DNA from: Bacteroidetes bacterium 2013_40CM_41_45
Lineage (GTDB): Bacteria; Bacteroidota; Bacteroidia; AKYH767-A; 2013-40CM-41-45
Direction of reading: 5' to 3'
DNA length: 64,000 nucleotides
NCBI GenBank assembly: GCA_002215675.1
Contig: NGFH01000002.1
Location: forward strand, 76,975-140,974
Shown piece after piece: positions 48,450 to 58,079 of the stretch. The notes under the pieces are model-generated. The model had not been told where the DNA came from, did not search any database, and saw only the letters and a list, made by a program, of their open reading frames with translations. The translations under genes were made by a program, and so were the position numbers. How positions within the stretch are numbered: position 1 is the stretch's first letter; the number at the start of each line of letters is the position of its first letter.

Positions 48450-49320
48450 TCAACACCTCCATTTTATCAAGTGTTTTTTTAAATTGTAATTCCTGAACTC
48501 CGGCATTTTCTGAAAAAGTTACGCCCTGACTTTTATAATCTTTTTTTATTTGTTCCAATTTCGCAAACAGGCCTTCTCTGCTGAGAGCGAATATCGAACC
48601 AGGCATATTTTTTCCAATATGCAGGTCTTTAAATGAAATTGATTTACTGTTGGGACGCGCATCTAAAATGGTAAAGAGCAATAAACCTGTTGGCAAGTCA
48701 TACCGAAGACCACTCTCAATTTTAAAGTAATCTACCCTTTTATTTTCATAGTCACGACCTTCTATTTGCTCCATCAATTGCAAATCCACCAACACACTTG
48801 AAAAATCTTCTTCGATTCCTTCACGTGTATCTTTAGAAGACGGTTTTATGTAAGTGCGAATAAAAACTGCAATGTCGTTATTAATTGTGGTTGTGCTCAA
48901 TTTAATTTCGTCTTCTTGTAGTCGCTTAGTTACAAAAGCGAGTAAATGTTCACGGCTGAATTCCATTCGTTGCCGTCTAAATTCATTAAAGAAAATATTG
49001 TACAATGAAGAATGATTATTGCTTACTAGTAAGTAGTGCAACAACCAAACAGTTGCAATGTTCTCGATATATGGGTCTTCACCCTTTTTGTCGTCAAAGA
49101 TGAATCGTCCGATACCAGTCAACTGATTTTTAGTATCTATCACGCTAAAGCCTTTCATCCAATAATGGACGGCACTCACCATATTCTTACCAACCCCCAA
49201 TTTTATAACAGCTTTTTCCTCACGGAAAGAGTTACCTTCATTCACAAAGTCATAGCCCTTCTTGAGCCAAAAATGCTTACAGATAAATGAATCGTGACCA
49301 GAGAATAACAATTTATTCAT
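48436..49320 (-). CDS. sspB: DUF4007 protein, SspB-like
   Basis: FSGHDSF...WLKKG, LGVGKNMVSAVHYW, DPYIE...WLLHY motifs. Confidence 0.85.
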   Translation of the reverse strand: MNKLLFSGHDSFICKHFWLKKGYDFVNEGNSFREEKAVIKLGVGKNMVSAVHYWMKGFSVIDTKNQLTGIGRFIFDDKKGEDPYIENIATVWLLHYLLVSNNHSSLYNIFFNEFRRQRMEFSREHLLAFVTKRLQEDEIKLSTTTINNDIAVFIRTYIKPSSKDTREGIEEDFSSVLVDLQLMEQIEGRDYENKRVDYFKIESGLRYDLPTGLLLFTILDARPNSKSISFKDLHIGKNMPGSIFALSREGLFAKLEQIKKDYKSQGVTFSENAGVQELQFKKTLDKMEVLNDCY

Positions 49321-49350
49321 AATAAGGGAGCTAAAATATCAAAAAAATAA

Positions 49351-49375
49351 AGCCACCTGCGTTAAACAGGTGGCT
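49351..49375 (-). terminator. Terminator after the DUF5655 gene
   Basis: AGCCACCTG/CAGGTGGCT stem followed by a T-run on the minus strand. Confidence 0.65.
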
Positions 49376-49394
49376 ATGATTGAACAAAAGCACT

Positions 49395-49841
49395 TCAGGG
49401 CTTCACTAACCTCTTTAACAAAGCTATCACTTCCTGCAAATGCTTCACGCTTTCAATCACGATTGTACAACTTGGACCATTCCAGAACTTCTGAACACTT
49501 GCTGTAAGCGTCTTAATTTCATGATGTTTGATTAACTTCCGGGTGTCCTTCTCGGGATGCTTTACTACAAGGTTAATCCTCTTCCGAGAAAAATGGAAGA
49601 AAGCTATGCTCCGGTCTTTCTTAACAGAAATGTAATATTTCTGAGGATTAAACTTAAGTTGCTTGTTGACCTTCAGAAGCTCTTTCTTCACCCTGGTGTA
49701 TATCTGTTTCACATCTTCCGTTGCATCCTTAAGATGATACTCCTCGGTAAACGCTTCCGGCTTAACCTTCGTATGATTACTTTCTACTTTGGCAATCATC
49801 GGCTTAACTTTTTTGGATTGTTTTTTCTTTTTTGTTTTCAT
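49395..49841 (-). CDS. DUF5655-like domain protein
   Basis: TEEYHL...IYTRVKKELL...PQKYYIS pattern, recalled as a domain usually fused to restriction-related nucleases. Confidence 0.6.
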   Translation of the reverse strand: MKTKKKKQSKKVKPMIAKVESNHTKVKPEAFTEEYHLKDATEDVKQIYTRVKKELLKVNKQLKFNPQKYYISVKKDRSIAFFHFSRKRINLVVKHPEKDTRKLIKHHEIKTLTASVQKFWNGPSCTIVIESVKHLQEVIALLKRLVKP

Positions 49842-50047
49842 GATTGAAAGGTTTGAATTATTAAAGAAATATTTTCAATCATATTAGCAGAGAATAATCA
49901 GCAGTCAAGAAAAAATGTCGTTATAGTTGAGGCATTTCTCTTTGTCCAGAAGAGCAAAATTTGCATAACCAAAATAGAAAAATAAAAACATTACTTTTTG
50001 ATGAACGTTACATTTTTTTCGTTTACTTTTGTAGAAATAACTCAATT

Positions 50048-50989
50048 ATGATATATCGCGCCAAACAGTATATTGAAGATGTCATGTTTTCAATTATTGG
50101 AAATAATCTTACGGACCTATTTGAAAGTTCTGATTTTGTTATAAGAAAGGCAGTCGGAAATTATAAGGACGAGGATATTCTCTGCTCTGTTATCGGGGTA
50201 GGAATGAGATGGAATGGTCAATTAGAAATAGCATTAGACCGAAAATTTATTTGTCATTCAAAAGCATGTTATTCACTACTCGCAAAAATTTGCGATGCTT
50301 TTCATCTCGCGGAACATAACGTTTTAGTTCATGCAAGATCAAAGTCCAGTATACATTACAAGTATATACAAAGCGGCTCAGCGGTAGGACATCGATCTTT
50401 AGTTGCCAATTCAAGTTATGGAACGCTCGGAGGATTTTTGATTCCACAAAGTGGGGATGGAGGAATAAAAATATTCAGTAACAACCATGTGCTTGCCAAT
50501 TCAAACAATGCTTTAATTGGAGATTCGATTTATAAATATGACACTCATTCAGAGTTAATCGGAAGATTGGAAAATTTCGTCCCAATTGATCGTAACGGTA
50601 AAAATTACCTCGATTTGGCCGTAGCAAGTTTGAATCAGGATGTGGCGCTACCTGCGGTCAATCACTTAAAAAGAAGACTGCCGCAATTAGAGGAAATCGT
50701 TATCAAAGTAGGAGCCGCTACCGGAGAAACTTTTGGTTTTGTTTCTTCAATTGATTATACAGACAAGGTATCTTATGGAAAATTTGATGCCCTTTTCACC
50801 GAACAAATTCAAATTCGCAGTTTCAACGATGTGCCTTTTAGCTCACCTGGCGATTCTGGATCAATTATCTACAGCTCGACTGATAATGCATTTATTGGAT
50901 TGCTGTTTGGCGGTTCAGGTGTAATGACGTTGGCTAACCCAGAGAAATATGTTTATAGTCAGTTGAATCAATGGAGGTATATAAGGTGA
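50048..50989 (+). CDS. Trypsin-like (Nal1-type) serine protease (probable start ATG 50048)
   Basis: GTLGG, SNNHVLA (His), DLAVA (Asp), FSSPGDSGS (Ser), GLLFGG. Confidence 0.85.
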   Translation: MIYRAKQYIEDVMFSIIGNNLTDLFESSDFVIRKAVGNYKDEDILCSVIGVGMRWNGQLEIALDRKFICHSKACYSLLAKICDAFHLAEHNVLVHARSKSSIHYKYIQSGSAVGHRSLVANSSYGTLGGFLIPQSGDGGIKIFSNNHVLANSNNALIGDSIYKYDTHSELIGRLENFVPIDRNGKNYLDLAVASLNQDVALPAVNHLKRRLPQLEEIVIKVGAATGETFGFVSSIDYTDKVSYGKFDALFTEQIQIRSFNDVPFSSPGDSGSIIYSSTDNAFIGLLFGGSGVMTLANPEKYVYSQLNQWRYIR

Positions 50990-51207
50990 TATCAATCGAG
51001 GTAGCAAAAAAATCTCTTGAAAAGGAAGTCATCCATATTCCTAATGTATATGGTATTGGTGTTGTTTTCTCAAATGGTGAAAAGGTGATAGAGGTTTCTG
51101 TCAGCGATGAAGAGACAAAAACCAACATTTTGCAACGGCTTCCCAATAGTAAATGGAATGGATATGTGGTTAACGTGATTATCCGAGAACAGACAAACCT
51201 TTATTGA
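50971..51207 (+). CDS. Small protein resembling a stand-alone protease prodomain
   Basis: PNVYGIGV...IEVSV...LP..WNGYVVNV; overlaps the protease stop by 19 nt. Confidence 0.65.
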   Translation: MEVYKVISIEVAKKSLEKEVIHIPNVYGIGVVFSNGEKVIEVSVSDEETKTNILQRLPNSKWNGYVVNVIIREQTNLY

Positions 51208-51264
51208 TAACTTTTTATTTAAACACGAGAAAGAACTGCTGCAAACCCGTAACCACCATTTAAG

Positions 51265-51437
51265 CTGAACGGCAAGACATGCAAGGAGGAATTGGAATAA
51301 ACAAAAGCAAGGTGAAAATCCTTTTAAAATTGAAAGTGTTTGTCGACACGAAGTGACAGAAAAACTTTTTCCTAAAAATTTTTCTCCTTGCTTTTGCTTT
51401 ATGCCGAGAAAATCCTTGCGTTGTCTTGTCCGTTCAG
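51265..51437. repeat. Long imperfect inverted repeat (~170 nt)
   Basis: CTGAACGGCAAGAC...CAAAAGCAAGG pairs with CCTTGCTTTTG...GTCTTGTCCGTTCAG. Confidence 0.75.
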
Positions 51438-51608
51438 AATACTTTTGTGAAGGGATTGAAGCTGTGGCAGCAAGGTTGTGAAATGAACAAACGATGGCGA
51501 GGCGTAGCCGCCTCGCTTTGTGAATGAACGTCCTTGCTTTGTAACTTAGCAATACGGATAAAAATTACGAAGGAATTTCTTATTGGGTATTGCTCCGTAA
51601 TTATGAAA

Positions 51609-52235
51609 TTACTTCAAATCAAATTCCAAACCTAATGCCAAAATAAATCCATCCTGCCAAAAATTGTAGGCAAAACCTTCAATAGTAAAGGGCTTCTTCT
51701 GAACGCTAAACATTACACCTTTATCAATAGCCGGACTGAAATTCGGAAGAGCAATCCACCGCCAGCTTATTCCTATTCCACTGTTAGAAAGCAGAGGAGT
51801 GGTGATTCCTGTCCAGTTGAAGAAGAAGTTTTTTCCATTTTCAATAATACTCACCGCAAATTCGCTCTGACTGAAACCTTTCAGCCATTTGCTTTTGTGA
51901 AGGCATGTCAAGGCAGGCGCAATGCCTTGAAACTGTCCGCATATCCCACCAACCATCGGTATTATTTCCCACTCTTCATTCTTTCCGGCTAAAAACGATT
52001 TGCCGCAGAAAAGAGATACCGTCCTGCGATCCTCGTAATTTAATCTTCCTTCCAGGTAAAAATCATCAGCATAGGTCCAAACCTGCGGAGTAATCAGAAT
52101 ATCCTCCCCAGCCATCCATTGCAAACTGGTGTAAATGCCGGAATTGTGAAAGAGAGAACTCTTCGGCTGTCCGTCTGCTTTAGAGCTAAGGATAAATACG
52201 ATCCCGTACAATAATGATTTAATAAATGTTTTCAC
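51609..52235 (-). CDS. Hypothetical outer-membrane beta-barrel protein
   Basis: Signal peptide, amphipathic strands, C-terminal LGLEF. Confidence 0.65.
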   Translation of the reverse strand: MKTFIKSLLYGIVFILSSKADGQPKSSLFHNSGIYTSLQWMAGEDILITPQVWTYADDFYLEGRLNYEDRRTVSLFCGKSFLAGKNEEWEIIPMVGGICGQFQGIAPALTCLHKSKWLKGFSQSEFAVSIIENGKNFFFNWTGITTPLLSNSGIGISWRWIALPNFSPAIDKGVMFSVQKKPFTIEGFAYNFWQDGFILALGLEFDLK

Positions 52236-53137
52236 GTGGTTTTTGTGATAATAAATTTTTTCAAAAAGAAAACGGGTTTGTATTTGCTCTTGGAAAGCCG
52301 CAGAGTAGGAATTCCTAAATCCTGTTCAAAGTTTAAATACTTAATTCCTTTTTCGTCCAGCATTTTTCCGACCTCACACAGCAATGCATCGTAAATTCCT
52401 TTGTAGCTTGTATTCGCTTTTCCAAAATGCGCCATAGCATAATCATTGGAAAGTATTTCAACCGTAACAAATCCTATAAGTAAATTGCCATCGTAGAATG
52501 AAACAATAATATTTCCATTCTCGTTGTTCAGCAACAATCTTTCAAACGCTTTGAATTCATTTAATTCCCCATGATTATGATTTTTATTATCTGCCCAACT
52601 CTTAAATAGCGCGATATGCTCATTGATTGATATTTCTTTATCGGAAAATCTCTTTACATGATAATGAGGATAGAATTTCAAGAAACGTTTACACCCCTTT
52701 CCGGCATGAGTGATTTTACTTGCAGGTTGTCTGCATAAATCTTTCAAAAAGGATACAGATAAAATGTAATCGTGGGAATCCTCATCTGGTACAATGCGGA
52801 ATTTGTTATCTGGTAGATCAAGCGCTACTGATTCGGGAATCAGTTTCAGAAAATCAACCTGGAAATTTCTTTTAGAATATTCAAGCAACTCTGTTGCCGT
52901 TTCTGAAAGATTAGTGCTGCCTATGAAGGAGAGAAAGGGCTTTTCAGAGAGGTAGTCATAAAACAGCACGACCAAGTTATCATGAAGTTGCGAAAGCATC
53001 ATTTTATCATTCGTGTTCCATGACGATAAACTCACGAAATTGAAATCAGAATAGGGAAGAAAACTTTGAGTAAATCGGGTTACTTCTTCTTTGTTGCGCC
53101 ATTCAAGTTTTTTGAATTCAGGATAGGAAGGTATCAA
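52232..53137 (-). CDS. DUF2156 / aminoacyl-PG-synthase C-terminal (GNAT-fold) protein
   Basis: YSDFNF, DYIL, HFGKAN..YKGIY, LNFEQDLGIPTLRLSKSKYKP. Confidence 0.8.
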   Translation of the reverse strand: MIPSYPEFKKLEWRNKEEVTRFTQSFLPYSDFNFVSLSSWNTNDKMMLSQLHDNLVVLFYDYLSEKPFLSFIGSTNLSETATELLEYSKRNFQVDFLKLIPESVALDLPDNKFRIVPDEDSHDYILSVSFLKDLCRQPASKITHAGKGCKRFLKFYPHYHVKRFSDKEISINEHIALFKSWADNKNHNHGELNEFKAFERLLLNNENGNIIVSFYDGNLLIGFVTVEILSNDYAMAHFGKANTSYKGIYDALLCEVGKMLDEKGIKYLNFEQDLGIPTLRLSKSKYKPVFFLKKFIITKTT

Positions 53138-53182
53138 GTGGGTGGTTTTCTTTCCACACTGTCCCTGATGCAGAGGGTACGT

Positions 53183-53322
53183 AAAAAAACTGCGTGGGAC
53201 ATTTCACCTGCCCGCGACAGAGGCACTGGTATGCCCACACACGAAACAAGCAAAAGCCCACGCATTGCATGAACGTTTTGCCTAACCTCGTGTGTATGAA
53301 ACTTACCAGTTTTCTGTCGCGA
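53183..53322 (-). ncRNA. Long rod-like structured element, copy 2
   Basis: CGCGACAGA/TCTGTCGCG, ACTGGTA/TACCAGT and ACACACGA/TCGTGTGT stems; TATATTTG promoter element upstream (53390-53397, minus strand). Confidence 0.55.
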
Positions 53323-53575
53323 GAATCAGCTTAACGCAATTCTATTTTGATTTTCTTGATTACATTTTTAATTTATTTTTCGTTTGAAACAAATATAATG
53401 GAATTTTTTATCCTGCAAATATCCGTTGCAAACCTACTCATTAAACACCCCAAACGACTAAAAAAGGAAAAGCTGAATGCTCAAGAGGTGACAAGTAGGA
53501 ATTGAATAAATAAAAAGCAAACGGAAAATCTCTTTCAGAAAAAACTTACCGATCTATTTATACGTTTGGAAACGC

Positions 53576-54745
53576 CTAAAATAAAAATGAATGTTCTTTA
53601 GTATACTTATCTAAAAGACTTTTCAATGCAGCTTGCTTAGCTCCCGAAGGAGAAAAAATATTTCCCCAGGGTCCATCTGAGTCAACGGTAAAACTCTGGG
53701 TAACGTATTTCTTGGCGACATTAATAATGCTTATTTTTATTAAAGCGTTGCAAGCGAATGTAACATTGATGCTGTCAGGTTCGGGTCGAGTAAAGTGGTT
53801 ATAATTTATTTTCCCGATAACTAAATAATTTGTATGCATATTTAGTTTTAATTTTTCTATTACAGTTGAGTTGCCTTCAAACAGATCATTGAATTCGGGT
53901 CTTTTTGCGAATCTATTTTTTAGCAAGCCAATACCAGTGCTTTTTCCGCTCTTTGCATATACGTTAGCAATATCACCTGAAAGAGACGTTTCAATATTTC
54001 CTGCAGTATCCACAACTATGACTGATACGTCAACCATCTCTGAAAAATTAACATAAGTGCTTAAATCTTTTTCAGATGATGTGATAAGTATTTTAGAATT
54101 ACCATCTACTGGTATCCTATTTTTTACTTCAGATAAATTATTCTGTTTTTGAAAGGGAGAGGTAATTGAATCCTTCTTTCCCGTCTGTATCTCTGGTGTT
54201 ATTTCGATTTTGCTTGGAAAATACTTGAATAAATAAAAAATTATTACAGACAGAAACGATAGGATTGCTAGCATTGTAATTGCTATCCGTTTTCTTCTTC
54301 GCCATCTCTTCTTCCGTTTTAGTTCCGTTGTATTTTTATCTTCAAAATCTTTTGCTTCTTGTGCCACAGGAACCGTATTAATTTGCTCATCTTTTAAGAA
54401 TTTTGTGAATTCAGAATTACTATTTCCCAACTTGATACAAAATTCTCTGAACGAAAAAGGAATCTGAAATATAGTTTGAATGTCCTGAAGCGTATCGTGA
54501 CTGGGCGTACCTCTAAGATTAAGCGCTTTATAAATATTTTTTTCTGGCGACAGAGTAATTAAAGACTTGCCTGTTGCTTCTATTACTTTTTTATTAGTAA
54601 AGTAACGAAAGTTGACTTCGCTTCTCTTTAATGAGGCTACTGAATCAAACCCGCATATCGTTAGAATATGTAAATTTTCATTAAGATAATGAATGACATA
54701 TTTCACATATGCCTTTCTCTTATCTGCCTCAGTATAATTTTTCAT
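53576..54745 (-). CDS. Single-pass membrane protein (probable start MKNYTE)
   Basis: Basic cluster followed by one TM helix mid-protein; soluble N- and C-domains of unknown family. Confidence 0.65.
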   Translation of the reverse strand: MKNYTEADKRKAYVKYVIHYLNENLHILTICGFDSVASLKRSEVNFRYFTNKKVIEATGKSLITLSPEKNIYKALNLRGTPSHDTLQDIQTIFQIPFSFREFCIKLGNSNSEFTKFLKDEQINTVPVAQEAKDFEDKNTTELKRKKRWRRRKRIAITMLAILSFLSVIIFYLFKYFPSKIEITPEIQTGKKDSITSPFQKQNNLSEVKNRIPVDGNSKILITSSEKDLSTYVNFSEMVDVSVIVVDTAGNIETSLSGDIANVYAKSGKSTGIGLLKNRFAKRPEFNDLFEGNSTVIEKLKLNMHTNYLVIGKINYNHFTRPEPDSINVTFACNALIKISIINVAKKYVTQSFTVDSDGPWGNIFSPSGAKQAALKSLLDKYTKEHSFLF

Positions 54746-54763
54746 TTTTAAAGGGAGTTTCAA

Positions 54764-54789
54764 GAATTCTTGCGAATTCGTGAGAATTC
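54764..54789. repeat. Three GAATTC hexamers at 10-bp period
   Basis: GAATTC at 54764, 54774 and 54784. Confidence 0.8.
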
Positions 54790-55031
54790 GGGGTGTCTAC
54801 CTTCTTCCTTCTTCTATACTCGCAGAACAAAAATAGAAAATTATAAATGTTGTCTTAAATGCATAAAAAATCCCCGCGTATTATCAGTACACGGGGTGGG
54901 AACAGGACCATAGCCCTGTCTCCTTTTTTTCCTTACGCAATTCACTGGATTGCGAAAGGCAGGCAGATTATAACATACCGTGCTTGTAAAAGTCAAGTGC
55001 TGTAAGCCAAGTCTTTCCTTTCATTTCTTCA

Positions 55032-55586
55032 GTGATTTCCGTAAGGTGCAATTCAAGCAAAATGCACCGAATGAGAAGAAGAAAACATACAGCAAAAAAT
55101 TACTTCCAGGAAGCGGTCATTCAATCCCTCGTTCACTTAAAGAAGGACGATCCTGAGCGTTTTATTGATGTAATTTCCTTACCTGCTATTACAGGTTTAT
55201 TTTCCTCAGAAAAACTAGAATGGCTTGGAAGCGAAAAATCCCTGCGAGTGTTTTTCGATTTATTAAAGGTCAGAGAAAAAATTTCTTGTGAGTGGGAATC
55301 CTTTAAAAGCCTTTTCATCGGACCAGAGCCAATAAATAAGCAAACTTGGAATTCAGAAATCAACGAGTTGATTTATCTGATCGACTGTTTTCGGGACGAA
55401 GGAACTATCCGGAAGCATAAGACGCCACATAAGCAGTTGCAGAAATTATTTTTGAATAAGTATGGAGAGTCATTAGAAAGTAAAATCATCGCTTCAACAC
55501 TTTATAAAGGTATTAGACGCGAAGACATCAGAAACGATTTAGAAGATATTATTAAAGCAGTCCTCAAGGCAAAATCTGGTGGTTGA
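55032..55586 (+). CDS. Hypothetical protein of the integration module
   Basis: 184-aa ORF, first gene of the co-oriented block ending in the integrase. Confidence 0.6.
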   Translation: MISVRCNSSKMHRMRRRKHTAKNYFQEAVIQSLVHLKKDDPERFIDVISLPAITGLFSSEKLEWLGSEKSLRVFFDLLKVREKISCEWESFKSLFIGPEPINKQTWNSEINELIYLIDCFRDEGTIRKHKTPHKQLQKLFLNKYGESLESKIIASTLYKGIRREDIRNDLEDIIKAVLKAKSGG

Positions 55587-55668
55587 TGTGGTTGATATTC
55601 CTATGTAATCATCCGATATAACCAGTAACACAAATGCTAGTCAGACCTTAGCATAAAATTAGAGACTC

Positions 55669-55932
55669 ATGAAAACTGAAAAAATTTTTACTTCTTTCAA
55701 GGATAGCCAAACAACCGAGATGGATATCCTAGAAGCTTATGAGCGGCAATTGAGATATCTGCAAAGGACTGATTATTTGAAACCATTTCTCTATAATTTT
55801 TTCATTAACATAATGGAACGATCAATTTATTCTCTTCAAAAAATTGTTGCAGAATACTCAGGCACTGCAGGCTTACGAGCCAAAACACTGTTGGAACAAT
55901 ATATTGGACTTTGGGAAAGTGATTTTAAATGA
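55669..55932 (+). CDS. Hypothetical protein
   Basis: 87-aa co-oriented ORF. Confidence 0.5.
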   Translation: MKTEKIFTSFKDSQTTEMDILEAYERQLRYLQRTDYLKPFLYNFFINIMERSIYSLQKIVAEYSGTAGLRAKTLLEQYIGLWESDFK

Positions 55933-55990
55933 AAAAACTCGAATCTGCATAAACCAGTTATTACAGTAAAACTTAAAAATTTAATTTAAC

Positions 55991-56230
55991 ATGAACACAC
56001 ATTTCGCAAATTGCGACAGATGCGGAAAAGCTATCCTTTATGGTAACGCATTTGTAAGTATCTCCCGATACGTGGAGCAGATAGAATTCTCTATCGCGCG
56101 AAACCGAATTGAAACACAGCCAATTGATGCCGTTACTATCATAACGATCTGTGCTGCTTGCGGAAATGTATTTGATGAGACAACTTTTCGAAAAATTCTC
56201 AAAAACTCTTTGCTAACTGATCAATGCTGA
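55991..56230 (+). CDS. Small zinc-ribbon protein
   Basis: CDRC...CAAC pairs. Confidence 0.65.
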   Translation: MNTHFANCDRCGKAILYGNAFVSISRYVEQIEFSIARNRIETQPIDAVTIITICAACGNVFDETTFRKILKNSLLTDQC

Positions 56231-56245
56231 AACTTATTAGATAAT

Positions 56246-56533
56246 ATGTTACAGAGAATTTACTTACAATCTGGACTAACTGAGCTTGGTTACAAAGACA
56301 GGCGCAGTTTTAAAAGATGGTGTGAAAATAACGGGGTTGAAATTTTGTCCGATAACGGAAGCAATAAAATGTATGTGCTAGAAGAAGAGTTTAAAGAGGC
56401 AAAAGCACGGAAAGCAAATGACTATCTCAAAAGGAAGGAAGCGGAATTGAAAAAGCAGAACAACTACAAACCCCAAGGAGAACACGAGAAAAAGTTTATT
56501 TCAATATTGACTCGCAAATCTTCCGAGCTATAA
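56246..56533 (+). CDS. Putative excisionase-like HTH protein
   Basis: ELGYKDRRSFKRWC HTH-like pattern; immediately upstream of the integrase. Confidence 0.55.
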   Translation: MLQRIYLQSGLTELGYKDRRSFKRWCENNGVEILSDNGSNKMYVLEEEFKEAKARKANDYLKRKEAELKKQNNYKPQGEHEKKFISILTRKSSEL

Positions 56534-56543
56534 TCCTCTATCG

Positions 56544-57962
56544 ATGGAAAAGCCCTTACATATACCGCCTACCGTAAAGCTCAAAGGGTTTACTGTATAC
56601 TGCCGTAAATGTAACACGGATATTGGCGACACATGCAAGGAGACAGGAAAGCCCATCAAGCAATGTTCGTTTGGAGGCAGGCACGTATTTAAAAAATACG
56701 TTCATCTGCCGGGGACAAGAAACGATAGAAAAACGAAGACGTTTGAAACGAGAGATCTGAAAGAAGCTATCAAAGAGGCGCTTGATTTTGAGAGTAAAGT
56801 GAAAGCTGAGAACGGTCAACCGGAAATCAAAATCGAAAATAGAAAGGAGAATATCCAGGCAATGGAAAAGAATGTACCTCATCTTCTTATTAACGCTATT
56901 GCCCGTTATTCTGGTTGGCTGCGAAATGAAAACGTGCCGGAACATTTGCATGAAGAACGGAGTAAGGAATACGTGGAGGACATTGAACGGAAACTTAAGT
57001 TGCTTGTCGAGAGCTTAAAGGATAGAGGGTATGACCTTTCTTCATTCAGAGTGGATCAAATTAATGATATAACCGTAGGGCATGTGTTTTCTTACTTAAA
57101 AAAGGAAAAGCAATTTTCAGCAAGAACATTTAATAAGCACTTCAGTTACTATACGTCCTTTCTGAAATGGTTCTCCGAGGAATATTATCGGATACGCAGT
57201 TGGTTTACCCGCGTGGATAAAATGAGACCTGTTTCAAAACCGCAAGCTATCAACAAGGAAGAAGTTGAAGCATTACTAAAAAGAATCATTCCTGAAAATG
57301 GAATTGAAAGCTACGATACAGGAGTAAAAGAAACCCGGAATTTCTATCGCCCGTACTTGGGAAATGCCTTCCGGCTAGCACTTTTAACAGGAACCAGGAG
57401 GGAAGAATTAATTAAAATGAAATTCAATGGCATCCATAAGGATAAGGACGGAAGAGGATATATTAAGGTAGAAGATTTTAAAATAAATCACATTCAAAAA
57501 CGGACAACGGAAGAAGACAAAAAATACCGCACAGTTTTCCTTACAAGAGAATTATGCGGGCTGCTTGATGAAATGGGCTACCAAGAAATGAAAGGCACTG
57601 ACAATTACATTCTGGCACCTGAAGTTAAAAGCAATAGAGGCAAACCAATGACTGATCTTATTTCCCGAGCCTTCACTCATTATTACAAGCAACTTAAGAC
57701 CGGCAGGAAGCTGACCTTCCGCTCGTTTCGGAAGACATACATCACAAGGCTTGCGATTTATATGCGGGAGGTGGAAACTGAGAAATACACGGGGCACTCG
57801 AATAAAAGAACAATCGAGCAGTATTACACCGACCCTGAAATGATGGCAAAATCAATGTGGAACTTTGAAATTTTTTCTGAGGAATTGGAACGCAAGAATG
57901 ATATTAAGCAGGTAAGAAATAAATCGTGGGTTACACAAAAAGGACTGGAGGTTGGACAATGA
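56544..57962 (+). CDS. Tyrosine integrase of the tRNA-Leu-linked element
   Basis: LTGTRREE (Arg), RSFRKTY, TGHS, QYY; SAM-like middle domain; adjacent to the tRNA 3' end. Confidence 0.88.
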   Translation: MEKPLHIPPTVKLKGFTVYCRKCNTDIGDTCKETGKPIKQCSFGGRHVFKKYVHLPGTRNDRKTKTFETRDLKEAIKEALDFESKVKAENGQPEIKIENRKENIQAMEKNVPHLLINAIARYSGWLRNENVPEHLHEERSKEYVEDIERKLKLLVESLKDRGYDLSSFRVDQINDITVGHVFSYLKKEKQFSARTFNKHFSYYTSFLKWFSEEYYRIRSWFTRVDKMRPVSKPQAINKEEVEALLKRIIPENGIESYDTGVKETRNFYRPYLGNAFRLALLTGTRREELIKMKFNGIHKDKDGRGYIKVEDFKINHIQKRTTEEDKKYRTVFLTRELCGLLDEMGYQEMKGTDNYILAPEVKSNRGKPMTDLISRAFTHYYKQLKTGRKLTFRSFRKTYITRLAIYMREVETEKYTGHSNKRTIEQYYTDPEMMAKSMWNFEIFSEELERKNDIKQVRNKSWVTQKGLEVGQ

Positions 57963-57973
57963 AAGTTAAAAAA

Positions 57974-57997
57974 TTCCCCACTTGGTTTCCCCACTTG
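57974..57997. repeat. Tandem 11-bp direct repeat TTCCCCACTTG, putative integrase arm-type sites
   Basis: Copies at 57974-57984 and 57987-57997, between the integrase and the tRNA. Confidence 0.6.
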
Positions 57998-58043
57998 CTT
58001 GCTTTTGGCAAAGAAGGGGATGAAGTGCTTTCGAGAATGAAAG

Positions 58044-58079
58044 AAGCCGAAATGCTTGACTTACAAAGTGTTTCGGCTT
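58044..58079 (-). terminator. Hairpin immediately 3' of the tRNA
   Basis: AAGCCGAAA...TTTCGGCTT inverted repeat. Confidence 0.6.

Noticed and set aside
41941-49320. BREX type 4 or Dnd system
   Set aside because: No PglZ, Lon-like BrxL or DndB/D/E motifs seen; DUF4007-ATPase-PAPS reductase order fits sspBCD.
51070-51552. 160-aa minus-strand ORF
   Set aside because: Runs through a long palindrome and overlaps a better-supported plus-strand gene.
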